From IMG/VR virus record IMGVR_UViG_3300005326_000015: a DNA stretch of 49,811 bases. One strand, 5' to 3'. Source of the DNA: a virus. The notes below the pieces were generated by a model that ran no database searches, was not told the origin of the DNA, and saw only the letters and a list, made by a program, of their open reading frames with translations. A program made the position numbers and the translations under genes. This document shows positions 17,509-26,477 of the stretch, piece after piece; positions within the stretch are counted from its first letter, which is position 1, and each line of letters starts with the position of its first letter.

Positions 17509-17935
17509 TTTTATCTCCTATTGTCCATTTGAACGACATATCTCTTTCCAACATATACTCAATAAATCTTTTCGTATGTGCTACACACACTTTTCCAAAA
17601 ATATAAGTCATATCAAAAGGGACCAGTGAGCGGTCATCTATATAATAGTGTGCGCCTATTTTTCTTGAGTCATTACCAAAAAGCGCAATCTGCTCAGGTA
17701 AATTCTTATTGACGGCATCAAACTCTAAATCAAGCATAAGTTTGCATGCTCGAACGGCTGCCGTAAGATAATCCCCTTCTCTACACGTCCAAAGAATGAC
17801 TTTAATAACACCGTCTCTTCTTAACTTATTCAATGCAAGACCTAAAAGGCGATTTGGAGCACCAAAATCCGGATAATCTCCTTTTTCAAAAAGAGTGCCA
17901 TCAAAATCAACGGCTATAATCAATGGTCTTGTCAT
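17498..17935 (-). CDS. HAD-superfamily phosphatase / nucleotidase-like
   Basis: The start at 17935 (MTRPLIIAVDFDGTLF) follows GGAGGA with an ATGA overlap. DxDGT is HAD motif I. A C-terminal YYIDD motif is present. Confidence 0.7.
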   Translation of the reverse strand: MTRPLIIAVDFDGTLFEKGDYPDFGAPNRLLGLALNKLRRDGVIKVILWTCREGDYLTAAVRACKLMLDLEFDAVNKNLPEQIALFGNDSRKIGAHYYIDDRSLVPFDMTYIFGKVCVAHTKRFIEYMLERDMSFKWTIGDKNVK

Positions 17936-18153
17936 TTTCGTTCCTCCTTCGCTGCTCTGTGGGTAACAGTGATGCGATAATCTACCACACCCCACTCAAC
18001 TTGTGAAGTATGAACGACTTGAATCGTCCTCATGATGTCTTCCACATATGTCTGCATGTCTGCTTTTAATCTCTTCTCAAACAAAGACACAGCCTTGTCA
18101 ATTTCATCTTCCAAAGTAGCAACAATAGTCGCTCTGATGTATTTTTCAATCAT
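17932..18153 (-). CDS. Hypothetical protein
   Basis: 73 aa with RBS GGAGGAG; tightly packed between neighbouring genes. Confidence 0.55.
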   Translation of the reverse strand: MIEKYIRATIVATLEDEIDKAVSLFEKRLKADMQTYVEDIMRTIQVVHTSQVEWGVVDYRITVTHRAAKEERK

Positions 18154-19557
18154 TTACACTCCTCCTTCGACTGTGAGCCGATTCAATATATCTTCATTAA
18201 AATCCATTTTGGATTGAATCATCTTATAGATGCTGTCTTCGATGGTCTTCTCCGTCACCAAGTAATAATACATCGGTACTTTGGTTTGACCGTCTCTGTC
18301 AATCCGTCCCAAGGCTTGCCTAAACTCCAGCGAACTCTCAGGCATACAGAAGTAGATGCAAATGTGACTTCGGTATTGCAGGCCGTCAATGGATTCTCCC
18401 AAGGCCGCGAAGTTACCGATGACCACATCATAATCCGGTTTTTTAATCTCTGCAATTTTGTCCTTCGTGGCACCGCTGATGACAATGTATTTTTTCTTCA
18501 TATGCTCACAAAGTTTGGCCAAGGACTCCCCTTCCACATTGTACTTGTAGAAGATGACCACCGTCTCATCGGTGTTGCTTAAAAACTCCTCCAGCCACTC
18601 CAACTTGATAAGATTGTCTTTATACACCAGTCGCTTCTTGTAAATGTCTGTACCAATCACCACACCTGTACAGAGGGTCTTGCGAGCGATTCTGCGGGCT
18701 GAAAGGTTTGACAGGTCTAATCGTTCGTAAAAGTTCTCTTCGACCAGCCTGGCATAGTTGTGGGGCGCTGGCAGCGTTATACGAATGTGTTGTGGCTCAA
18801 AGTCTCCGAACTTCGCGGTATAATGTCGGGCGAAGGTCCCCAGCAACTCTTCAATCTCCTCTGTGTACTTGTAACCGCTGATAATGCGAATCGGGAAGGG
18901 CATGCCTATCGGTTGAATCTTTTTCTCAATACAGTAACGCTGCTTGAATTCCTCGACGCTCATGTCGTAGTATCCAAGGAATTTTATCTGTGAGAAGTAG
19001 TCAATGTATCCGCCTTTTTCCTTTTGCGTTGGTGTCGCGGTCAGGATGATTTTCCAGGGTGTCTGTATGCCTATGCGTAGTACAGTTTTGGTGACTGCCA
19101 CCGGAGACTTCTTTGAACCTAACTCTTTGATTTTGTGACTTTCATCCACGATGACCGTCCAATTCTCTCCGATATATTTGTACAAGTTCGCGGCCAGTGA
19201 CACGGATTCCAGTGCATAAACTATGCAAGCCTTCTCAGGCCAGTTTTCGTCATAAAGTTCTTCGATATATTGCATTTTGCGTGCGTTGGTCCACTTAGGT
19301 TTAAACTCAATCACATCATAGTCTGTATAATCTTTGATAACTTCCATCCACTGAGGGACCACTTTGGCCGGACAAAGAACCAACAGGTGCTCTGTCGGGT
19401 TATCTTTGACACGCGCTAAACTGGTCAGGGTTTTTCCTGTGCCAGTACCCATAAACAGAGCAATCGCGGGCATGTATTTCAGGTCATCCAAGATGGCCTG
19501 CTGATAAGACCTCAGGCTGATTTCTTTGCGTGGTCTTGTATTTGAATCAATAGCCAT
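18154..19557 (-). CDS. SNF2/DEAD-like superfamily 2 helicase
   Basis: Motif I GTGTGKT, motif II VIVDESHKI and motif VI QALGRIDRDGQ. Confidence 0.85.
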   Translation of the reverse strand: MAIDSNTRPRKEISLRSYQQAILDDLKYMPAIALFMGTGTGKTLTSLARVKDNPTEHLLVLCPAKVVPQWMEVIKDYTDYDVIEFKPKWTNARKMQYIEELYDENWPEKACIVYALESVSLAANLYKYIGENWTVIVDESHKIKELGSKKSPVAVTKTVLRIGIQTPWKIILTATPTQKEKGGYIDYFSQIKFLGYYDMSVEEFKQRYCIEKKIQPIGMPFPIRIISGYKYTEEIEELLGTFARHYTAKFGDFEPQHIRITLPAPHNYARLVEENFYERLDLSNLSARRIARKTLCTGVVIGTDIYKKRLVYKDNLIKLEWLEEFLSNTDETVVIFYKYNVEGESLAKLCEHMKKKYIVISGATKDKIAEIKKPDYDVVIGNFAALGESIDGLQYRSHICIYFCMPESSLEFRQALGRIDRDGQTKVPMYYYLVTEKTIEDSIYKMIQSKMDFNEDILNRLTVEGGV

Positions 19558-19814
19558 TGTAATTGCGCCTCACTCTCTATGATGGCGGCGAAGCCACCTG
19601 CCTCTTGAATGTCATTGATGACTTTTTCTTGCTGCAAAGTGGCTTTCCCTTTTCCATCAGGTCTTTTTAATTCGAGGCCAACAAAGTAACCTCTGTATAT
19701 TGCGATAATGTCGGGAAGGCCAGCAGCCATTCCCATTTGCGTCCGATAATGCCATATGCGGTGCTTATTCAGGTACGCTTGAATCTGCTTGAGCAATTTC
19801 CCTTCAGGTGTCAT
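19512..19814 (-). CDS. VRR-NUC domain nuclease
   Basis: GLPDIIAIYRGYFVGLELKRPDGKGKATLQQEKVINDIQEAGGFAAII fits the VRR-NUC PD-(D/E)XK pattern. Pairing with an SNF2 helicase is typical. Confidence 0.8.
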   Translation of the reverse strand: MTPEGKLLKQIQAYLNKHRIWHYRTQMGMAAGLPDIIAIYRGYFVGLELKRPDGKGKATLQQEKVINDIQEAGGFAAIIESEAQLQWLLIQIQDHAKKSA

Positions 19815-20041
19815 TCTTCTGCATCCAATCCATCGACAAACCCTTCCAAATAGGCCATGGCTTCGACTTTGTGCTCAAACACACGCTCTACCATCTTATG
19901 CCCTTTTCTGAACAAATAGATACGAAAAGGATTCCATTGTGATATGTCGAGTTTTGCGCTTATAGTGATGTGAGGATAGTCTTGATTTATTTTAGCACAC
20001 TCCTCATTGAGGCACTCAAGTTGAGTTATGTAGTTATTCAT
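19811..20041 (-). CDS. Hypothetical protein
   Basis: The start at 20041 (MNNYITQLE) follows AAGGAGA. ATGA overlap with the VRR-NUC gene. Confidence 0.55.
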   Translation of the reverse strand: MNNYITQLECLNEECAKINQDYPHITISAKLDISQWNPFRIYLFRKGHKMVERVFEHKVEAMAYLEGFVDGLDAEE

Positions 20042-20258
20042 TTTCAGGGTCTCCTTGCCTCGCAATACCTGCGTTGGCCCACATAACCACTTCTTCCAGT
20101 TTAGTCAATGCTAAAGCCCGCTCTCTTCCAATAGGCACAACATCGTTGATAAAGTGGGCCAAGCGTCTGCAACGCGTCCTCACTTCTTCAAAAGCCATCT
20201 CATTTTCTTTGACAGGTTTATGATAACTAAACTTATTGTCAATGTCTTCAGGTCTCAT
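20034..20258 (-). CDS. Small helical-hairpin protein with N-terminal FSYHKP motif (possible Acb2/Tad1-hairpin-like nucleotide sponge)
   Basis: The start at 20258 (MRPEDIDNKFSYHKP...) follows GAGGAG with a TAATG overlap. Sequence: ...RCRRLAHFINDVVPIGRERALALTKLEEVVMWANAGIAR. Confidence 0.6.
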   Translation of the reverse strand: MRPEDIDNKFSYHKPVKENEMAFEEVRTRCRRLAHFINDVVPIGRERALALTKLEEVVMWANAGIARQGDPENE

Positions 20259-20602
20259 TATTTTTCTCCTCTTTTCTTTTTGAGCCAATCTACATAACGG
20301 CGCGCATACCAAATCAATTTCTCCATGTCGTTGATAACATCTCCTTTATGGCCCGCGCGGGTCACATACTTAATGATGTTTCCCTTGACAAAGCCAAGGT
20401 ATTCATCAGGTGAAAGCGTCCCTTCGACACAATCAATCACTTCCAATTCTCCTGTATTGTAGTGTGCAGGATGGTCCACACCCACAGAGATATACCCATC
20501 TACTTTAGGGTCATAATCCCAGCGGTCTGTTTTCTTCTTTTCCAAATACTCAAGCCTATCCTTTCTGTATTGCTCTTCAAAAGCGTCTGTTTGACTTCCC
20601 AT
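20258..20602 (-). CDS. DUF3310-like phage protein
   Basis: HPAHYNTGELEVIDCVEG...GNIIKYVTRAGHKG...DMEKLIWYARRYVDWL fits the HY..ie.id / KY..R...K pattern of that family. Confidence 0.6.
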   Translation of the reverse strand: MGSQTDAFEEQYRKDRLEYLEKKKTDRWDYDPKVDGYISVGVDHPAHYNTGELEVIDCVEGTLSPDEYLGFVKGNIIKYVTRAGHKGDVINDMEKLIWYARRYVDWLKKKRGEK

Positions 20603-22690
20603 TTATATTTTCTCCTTTTCCGCCCAGTTTGTTTGGGACATTTCTATTTCACACAGCATCGGGACCCAAGGGATAGTTTTTACTAAGTCCTGCATAATGT
20701 TCTGAATTTGAACTGCAAGGTTCAATTCTGATTCATGTAGAAGGAAAACCAACTCATCGTGGATACTCATAGCGAATTTGGATAACTTTCCACGCAAGAG
20801 TTTAGCCACGGATAATTGTGCTTGTTTAACAATCTCAGCACAGGTCCCTTGAATTCGGTAGTTCGCGCCCTTATAAAAGAAGGAAGGGTCGCTGATGTAG
20901 TAACGACGACCATAAATGTTCGTTGTGTAACCTAAACGGTACAACTCTTTACTTGTGGCCTTTTGATAATTCTTAATCTTCGGGAAGGCCTTATAGTAAC
21001 CTTCGTCCAAGGATTTTGCTGTTTCCTCATCCAAGTCCAACTGTTCAATAATGGCTCCGACACCGCCTCCGTAGTTTTTCAGGAAGTTGGCCATCTTGCC
21101 CCATTTGCGGTACTTCTTAAACTTCGGATGGTCTTTGGTCAGCCACGCGAAGGCATGCAGCGTCGTTTCATCATGAACCTCTGTTGCAATCCACTCTGAG
21201 CCGTCCTCATTGACCCATTCTCCGCTGTTCCAACGCTGAATGTGCTCTAAGTTCTTCGGGTCAAAGTCTTCAAAGGTATCTACGCTCACGCATCCAAAAG
21301 GCATATAGGCGCGGCATAAATTGAAGTCAGGCTCTCCTAACAAAATAGTGTAAAAGGCCTGCACCCTCAACTCCATCTGAGAGTAGTCGAGGAAGGTCAT
21401 TGTATAGCCTTCATCCGTTATGAATGGTTTTCGTGGATGGAATAACTCTGTGGTCTCATCATCCTCATCGGCTAAAAATGGGTCCTTTGGCTGCTGCTGT
21501 AAGTCTGAACTCACGCGGCCTGTCTTCGTTCCTGAATTGTTGATAGTCGTATATAAACGGCCATCGACCATGTTTTTCAATTTACCGTCAATATAAGTAC
21601 CTATCCACTTATCGGCTGTACGAAGGCGACGGATGATTTCAGCCATTTCTTTGGCCTCATCGGAGCCTTGACTCTCACCAATTTTCTTCATGGTCTTCTT
21701 GTCTGCATTTCCTAACATCATCCCAAACTGGGTCTCATAAATCTTTTTAATGACATCATGCTGGCCGGAAGAGAATTCCTTGCCAGTGATTTCTTTCAAG
21801 CGGCCATAGAGTTTCTGCTGGAATTCAATCATCCGCTGTCTTGACTCAAGCAGGTAATCAATATCCATCCTGAACCCGACACGCTCCATGTCTGCCACGA
21901 CGCGTATAAGGTCACACTCCTGATGAAAAATCTCAAAGCCAGGGTCGGTAACTCTTAAAGTAGGCATGGCTCTTTTCAAATATTCCAGCACGATGACAAT
22001 ATCATCCGCTGCATAATTCAGCATCAGCGCTTCTTTTTCCATATAAACATCGTGGAAGTTGGCAGGGCTGTACAATTCATCTATAAACTCAAAATATTCA
22101 TCATACTCTGTTTTGACAAAAGGTACGCGTTTCTGCCAAGCATCCATCACTGGCTTGAAGTTGACTTTCGGATACATCTTTTTGAATTCATCTTTCAAGA
22201 AGTTCCGTTGCGCCTTGTTTATTAAAGTCATGTGATGCTTGATGGAATCCTGTGCTGCTTTTGAATTCTTATCTACATAAGTTGAACCCAATGATTCAAG
22301 ACTCATACCAACTTCAGAGTCCGCATATTCGGTCAGTCGAGCGACGGAAGTACTGTCTGCCAGTCTCACATCCTCCGGAATATCAAATCCAAAGTTCGTG
22401 GTCATGTGCAGGTCAAACTTCGCGTTATGGGCGAACATGTAATCACACTTCGCGGCCATTGCAAACATTGAACTCAATAGTTCAAAAGTAGGCTCAAACA
22501 GGTAAACATACTTATCGAAGCCGAAGGCATAGAGAAACGGACGCGCCACCATGTGATGCAGTCCGTTCGTTTCTGTGTCATAGGCCATGATGGAAGGCAT
22601 GGTTTTGGCGAAGGTCTCATTCGCTTCCTCCATGTCTTTCATGGTCCTGATAACCTTCATTTGGTATTTGAACTTTTGATGTAAAAACAT
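20603..22690 (-). CDS. Family A DNA polymerase with 3'-5' exonuclease domain
   Basis: Exo I YDTETNGL; Pol motif A FLDYSQMELRV; motif B RKWGKMANFLKNYGGG; motif C SIHDELVF. Confidence 0.9.
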   Translation of the reverse strand: MFLHQKFKYQMKVIRTMKDMEEANETFAKTMPSIMAYDTETNGLHHMVARPFLYAFGFDKYVYLFEPTFELLSSMFAMAAKCDYMFAHNAKFDLHMTTNFGFDIPEDVRLADSTSVARLTEYADSEVGMSLESLGSTYVDKNSKAAQDSIKHHMTLINKAQRNFLKDEFKKMYPKVNFKPVMDAWQKRVPFVKTEYDEYFEFIDELYSPANFHDVYMEKEALMLNYAADDIVIVLEYLKRAMPTLRVTDPGFEIFHQECDLIRVVADMERVGFRMDIDYLLESRQRMIEFQQKLYGRLKEITGKEFSSGQHDVIKKIYETQFGMMLGNADKKTMKKIGESQGSDEAKEMAEIIRRLRTADKWIGTYIDGKLKNMVDGRLYTTINNSGTKTGRVSSDLQQQPKDPFLADEDDETTELFHPRKPFITDEGYTMTFLDYSQMELRVQAFYTILLGEPDFNLCRAYMPFGCVSVDTFEDFDPKNLEHIQRWNSGEWVNEDGSEWIATEVHDETTLHAFAWLTKDHPKFKKYRKWGKMANFLKNYGGGVGAIIEQLDLDEETAKSLDEGYYKAFPKIKNYQKATSKELYRLGYTTNIYGRRYYISDPSFFYKGANYRIQGTCAEIVKQAQLSVAKLLRGKLSKFAMSIHDELVFLLHESELNLAVQIQNIMQDLVKTIPWVPMLCEIEMSQTNWAEKEKI
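20708..20725. repeat. TTGAAC-N6-GTTCAA palindrome (in polymerase gene, in-frame LNLAVQ on minus strand)
   Basis: ttgaactgcaaggttcaa. Confidence 0.9.
22468..22485. repeat. TTGAAC-N6-GTTCAA palindrome (in polymerase gene, other frame)
   Basis: ttgaactcaatagttcaa plus the following aag gives 21 nt identical to the reverse complement of the copy at 32104..32121. Confidence 0.9.
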
Positions 22691-22691
22691 A

Positions 22692-23216
22692 CTACTTGTT
22701 CAGCAGTTGCAAGAACTGCTCCAATTCCGTCAAGAACCTTTTTAATTCGTTGGCATAACCTGCCACACCACATACTTGCACTTCTTCATCCAAAGCCTCA
22801 ATGAACTCAGTTGTCAGCCAGTTGGCTGGATTGTAACGCTCATTGTATGCGGTTTCGGGTTTGAAGTTTAAGAATTTCTTTGCTGCTGCATATCTTGACT
22901 CACCCCAAACTAAACCCATCAGAATGACTTCGCGGGCAAAGCGTGTGCGGTCTGTTTTGGCCAACCGACGGATATTAAAGTATTGATTTGAGATTTGGCG
23001 CAAGCGCGCTAAGTCACAGCGTGTGAGCAAGCCAACATATTCAAGAACCTCACTGGCTCTTGCGCTGTACTCACTAAACCAAACATCGTAAATTAGGACG
23101 AACCTCAATTCAAGGATTCGTGGATGGTATTTTAGGTCAGTGATGTCTATGTCATTGACCACGATTCGTGTCATCGGTTTGACTTCGGAATCGTTTAAGC
23201 CTCTATGATTTGGCAT
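22692..23216 (-). CDS. Hypothetical protein
   Basis: 174 aa; strong RBS AAGGAGGA upstream of the ATG at 23216. Confidence 0.6.
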   Translation of the reverse strand: MPNHRGLNDSEVKPMTRIVVNDIDITDLKYHPRILELRFVLIYDVWFSEYSARASEVLEYVGLLTRCDLARLRQISNQYFNIRRLAKTDRTRFAREVILMGLVWGESRYAAAKKFLNFKPETAYNERYNPANWLTTEFIEALDEEVQVCGVAGYANELKRFLTELEQFLQLLNK

Positions 23217-23226
23217 ATTGTCCTCC

Positions 23227-25959
23227 TTATTTCGTTACGCTGTCTATCAGCGTTCCACGACTGTTCGTGGTGATTTTAGTAATTTCAGGGTATAACTTTC
23301 TGAACTTTTCCGTCGGATAGACGGTTTCCATGTCGATGCGCACCAACTTCAATGACACTAACTGGTTAAATATCGGTTTGAATTTGTCTCCCTCTAATCC
23401 GGAGACTGTGGCCAAGTTATTGCGAGAAGTGCGGCTGGACTTGTATAAGAAGTCAAACATGACACTGTTATTCGGATAAAGTTTGTTGACTTCATCCAAG
23501 TCATCCTGAGAGTAAACATTGTAAGCATCGTATTCTTGCTTGTAAGCGTCCAAACGGAAGGCTGGCATCGTGTAAATCTTTTTCATGAACTTCACTAAGT
23601 AGTCAACGATTTCTTTCGTCACGATGACTTTATTGAAGTCTGAGTCGGTATTCATGACCAGCGCAGCCAAGGCCACACTGAATCGTGCCAACTTTTGATT
23701 CGTAGTTACACCGAAGAGTGGAAAATTACACTCAAAGATTTCGTTTAATATTTCTGCCTGCTCCCAAATATAACTCTTAACTCCTTCAGCAAATTCTACA
23801 TGTTCAGGCTGTCTTGTGACAACCCAGCGGGATTTTTCTTCATAAGCCTCTTTTGGTATCTGATGGCCTGTCAATGTCAATTCAAACGGATTCACACGAT
23901 GCTCAATCTTCGGGCAAAGCAGGAAGCCATCATAACGGCTCACATCTTCAGCAGACTTGATTAACTCCATAATGGGAGCAACTCCGTTCGGGAAGGTCGA
24001 GAGGAATCGTGGGTTTCCATTGTCATCATTGATAGGGTTGGATATGGCAATCATACGAAGTCTGCAAGGCACTGTCAGTTCACCTGAGGCGCGTGTCAGT
24101 CGTAGAATACCTGAGGTCCTAATATCGGTCATGGTCTTAATAAAGTCAGGCTTAGCGCCGCTGAATTCTTCCATAACTACTAATCTTTTGTGCTGTCGTG
24201 GGATGGCTCCGATGGTATTGCACCATGCTCCATCCACTTTGTTTGAACCTCCGATGAGGCCCACAGTAGTCGAGGTCTTCAGGGACAAGAAGTGCCCGAA
24301 GTTGTACAAAGAAGTTAACCTAGAAGTGGTCTCCGATTTACCTACTTGAGTGTCACCGAGGATGAATACATCCAAGGCTCCCCTGATACGCTCACCATAA
24401 TCAAACTCCAGTACACTATTGAAAACCATATCGGCCATAAGCCACAGGTCTTTATTTAAGTGTTTGGCAACATGATGTTTTGCGCTTTGGTATAGATACT
24501 CCAGCCGTTGCTCTATTGTCCCTCCAGTATTGAATTGACTGAGCAGGGAGGGTCGTGGAGAGTAATTTTCATCGCTATTGACGGAGACTACATCATAACA
24601 AACTCCAATAATCTCCTGATTTTTGGTCGGGTGATTGAATAAAGCCATGTCCAAGATGTATTCTTTTCCTACATCCAATTTTTTCAATGAGTAAATATCC
24701 ATTGCGCTGCTGGAGCCGTCAAACTCTTTGTCGATGACAACCGCTTTATAAACGGCTATATCATTCAACAAGTCTATTTGAACCGCTGGCTCTTTGACAG
24801 GTACATTCACAAGGGCCAAATAACGCGCCCTGTTGTTGGCTGCTTTGGCATCCACCTCAATGATGTCCAGGATTTTTGCTAATTTCGTGTTTTCCATGAA
24901 CCAAGAGCGCACTTCGCCCTTCATCATGGTTTCATTTTTTGCGTTCGTTTCCTCCGTTTTTGTAACTTTGATGACCGATGGAATCATGTAAGGCTTAGCG
25001 AATTCACTAGTTACTGTGACAAGGCACGAGATGCGTCGCTTCAGTATGTTTTTTGTGAGTGCTTCCTTAATCGTAGTAAATTTCCTGTCATCCTCCTCAG
25101 TAAATTCAAAATGCTTAGGCTCATAGGATAGGAATGTAAGAACATCCCCTTTATATTTTTGGATGTAATCGTAAAAGTCTTCTTTTTCTTCCTTGACAAA
25201 CTCAGCGATGTCAATATATTTAACACTCTTCGCGTATCTTTTCAAGGTCTTTGCAATGTTCTGCATCCCTTTACGGCCTGCCTCATCGTTGTCGTAACAG
25301 ACAACCACTTCCATTCCTTGAAAGGATTCAAGAGTCATGTCGTTAGGCACGGAATTTGCTCCGCCTGTCAGTGTGATGGCATTGAGGCCCAGTTCGCGGG
25401 CCATCATCACATCTTTTTCACCTTCAAGCAGGTAAGTTGTAGTCGTGCGGTCCCAAAGGTCAAAAGGGAATATGTTACCATTTGATGAGCCTTCTTCGGA
25501 CTTCCACTTTGGAGAATTTTGATGTCTGAGGATGTTATAAGAACGAACATCCATCAGGATTTTGTTGTAAAAAATAGGGACTCCAAGGTACTTGCGGCCA
25601 CCATTGATGACAAGTCCTAAGTCCAATAATTCAATCGTGTCATCACTCAATCCCAAGGCCCGCGCAGCGCCAAGCACTTCTCCATCGGCCCATAGGTCCA
25701 TCTTATTTGTTAAGTGCCAATCGTTCCGATGTGTCTGCATATGAACCAGTAGTTTTGAGGCCTCAGCCACAGGGATGTTATTCAGTTTTGCAATAAATTG
25801 CTCTTCCGAACCACCCCATCCACATACATAGCAATAGAAGGTGTTTTTATGAGGATTGATTGATGCGGATGGTCGGGTATCATCATGAAAGGGACAAAGT
25901 ACTTTTACTTCATCCCCTTCAAATTCTACCTCATCGTAATGCTTTTTGAAAAACTCCAT
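23227..25959 (-). CDS. DnaG-type primase (CHC2 zinc finger + TOPRIM) fused to MCM-like AAA+ helicase
   Basis: Zinc finger CPFHDDTRPSASINPHKNTFYCYVCGWGGS. TOPRIM YLLEGEKDV...VVCYDNDEAGRKG. C-terminal Walker A GDTQVGKSE and Walker B LVVMEEF, then TSGILRLTRASGELTVPCRLRMIAISNP, which resembles the MCM/AAA+ core. Confidence 0.85.
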   Translation of the reverse strand: MEFFKKHYDEVEFEGDEVKVLCPFHDDTRPSASINPHKNTFYCYVCGWGGSEEQFIAKLNNIPVAEASKLLVHMQTHRNDWHLTNKMDLWADGEVLGAARALGLSDDTIELLDLGLVINGGRKYLGVPIFYNKILMDVRSYNILRHQNSPKWKSEEGSSNGNIFPFDLWDRTTTTYLLEGEKDVMMARELGLNAITLTGGANSVPNDMTLESFQGMEVVVCYDNDEAGRKGMQNIAKTLKRYAKSVKYIDIAEFVKEEKEDFYDYIQKYKGDVLTFLSYEPKHFEFTEEDDRKFTTIKEALTKNILKRRISCLVTVTSEFAKPYMIPSVIKVTKTEETNAKNETMMKGEVRSWFMENTKLAKILDIIEVDAKAANNRARYLALVNVPVKEPAVQIDLLNDIAVYKAVVIDKEFDGSSSAMDIYSLKKLDVGKEYILDMALFNHPTKNQEIIGVCYDVVSVNSDENYSPRPSLLSQFNTGGTIEQRLEYLYQSAKHHVAKHLNKDLWLMADMVFNSVLEFDYGERIRGALDVFILGDTQVGKSETTSRLTSLYNFGHFLSLKTSTTVGLIGGSNKVDGAWCNTIGAIPRQHKRLVVMEEFSGAKPDFIKTMTDIRTSGILRLTRASGELTVPCRLRMIAISNPINDDNGNPRFLSTFPNGVAPIMELIKSAEDVSRYDGFLLCPKIEHRVNPFELTLTGHQIPKEAYEEKSRWVVTRQPEHVEFAEGVKSYIWEQAEILNEIFECNFPLFGVTTNQKLARFSVALAALVMNTDSDFNKVIVTKEIVDYLVKFMKKIYTMPAFRLDAYKQEYDAYNVYSQDDLDEVNKLYPNNSVMFDFLYKSSRTSRNNLATVSGLEGDKFKPIFNQLVSLKLVRIDMETVYPTEKFRKLYPEITKITTNSRGTLIDSVTK

Positions 25960-25962
25960 GGC

Positions 25963-26475
25963 CTAAGCCGCGGGTTTCAAGTTTCTTACAACATTGCGCG
26001 TTTTATTTTCAGTGGTTTCAAGGCCAGTCTGAGGGTCTCTTTTGGTAAACGGTTTTTCCTCAGTCTCAACAACGATGACAACTTCGCTGCCTAACGCGTC
26101 CTGAAGTTGATTCGGAGCCAATTCTTTCATACCGACGGCATGAAGGAAGGCTGGATAACTCCAAGGCATATTCGGATGTAAGTTAACAAAGTCGAAGATA
26201 ATCGAACCTGCATACTCACCTTCCAAAATTTCATACTTGACCATGGCGGAATAAGTCGTGAAGTTGGATTCCATGGTGAACGCATCCTTGTTGTCCGTGG
26301 TTTTCACTTTACGGAATTTTTCATCGAACTGAAGGACTTTCAGCGAAGGATTGACTTTGGGTTTCCATTCGCCAATTTCCACGATATAAGCCTTATATTC
26401 ACCATTCGGGACCAACTCATACCCGCTTTTATGCTCTTTAGCCTCAACAGGCTTGTTCAAATCTATCATTCCCAT
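25963..26475 (-). CDS. DUF669-like putative ssDNA-binding protein
   Basis: YELVPNGEYKAYIVEI ... YEILEGEYAGSIIFDFVNL matches the pattern of the DUF669 phage family, and it lies in the replication/recombination cluster. Confidence 0.6.
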   Translation of the reverse strand: MGMIDLNKPVEAKEHKSGYELVPNGEYKAYIVEIGEWKPKVNPSLKVLQFDEKFRKVKTTDNKDAFTMESNFTTYSAMVKYEILEGEYAGSIIFDFVNLHPNMPWSYPAFLHAVGMKELAPNQLQDALGSEVVIVVETEEKPFTKRDPQTGLETTENKTRNVVRNLKPAA

Positions 26476-26477
26476 TA

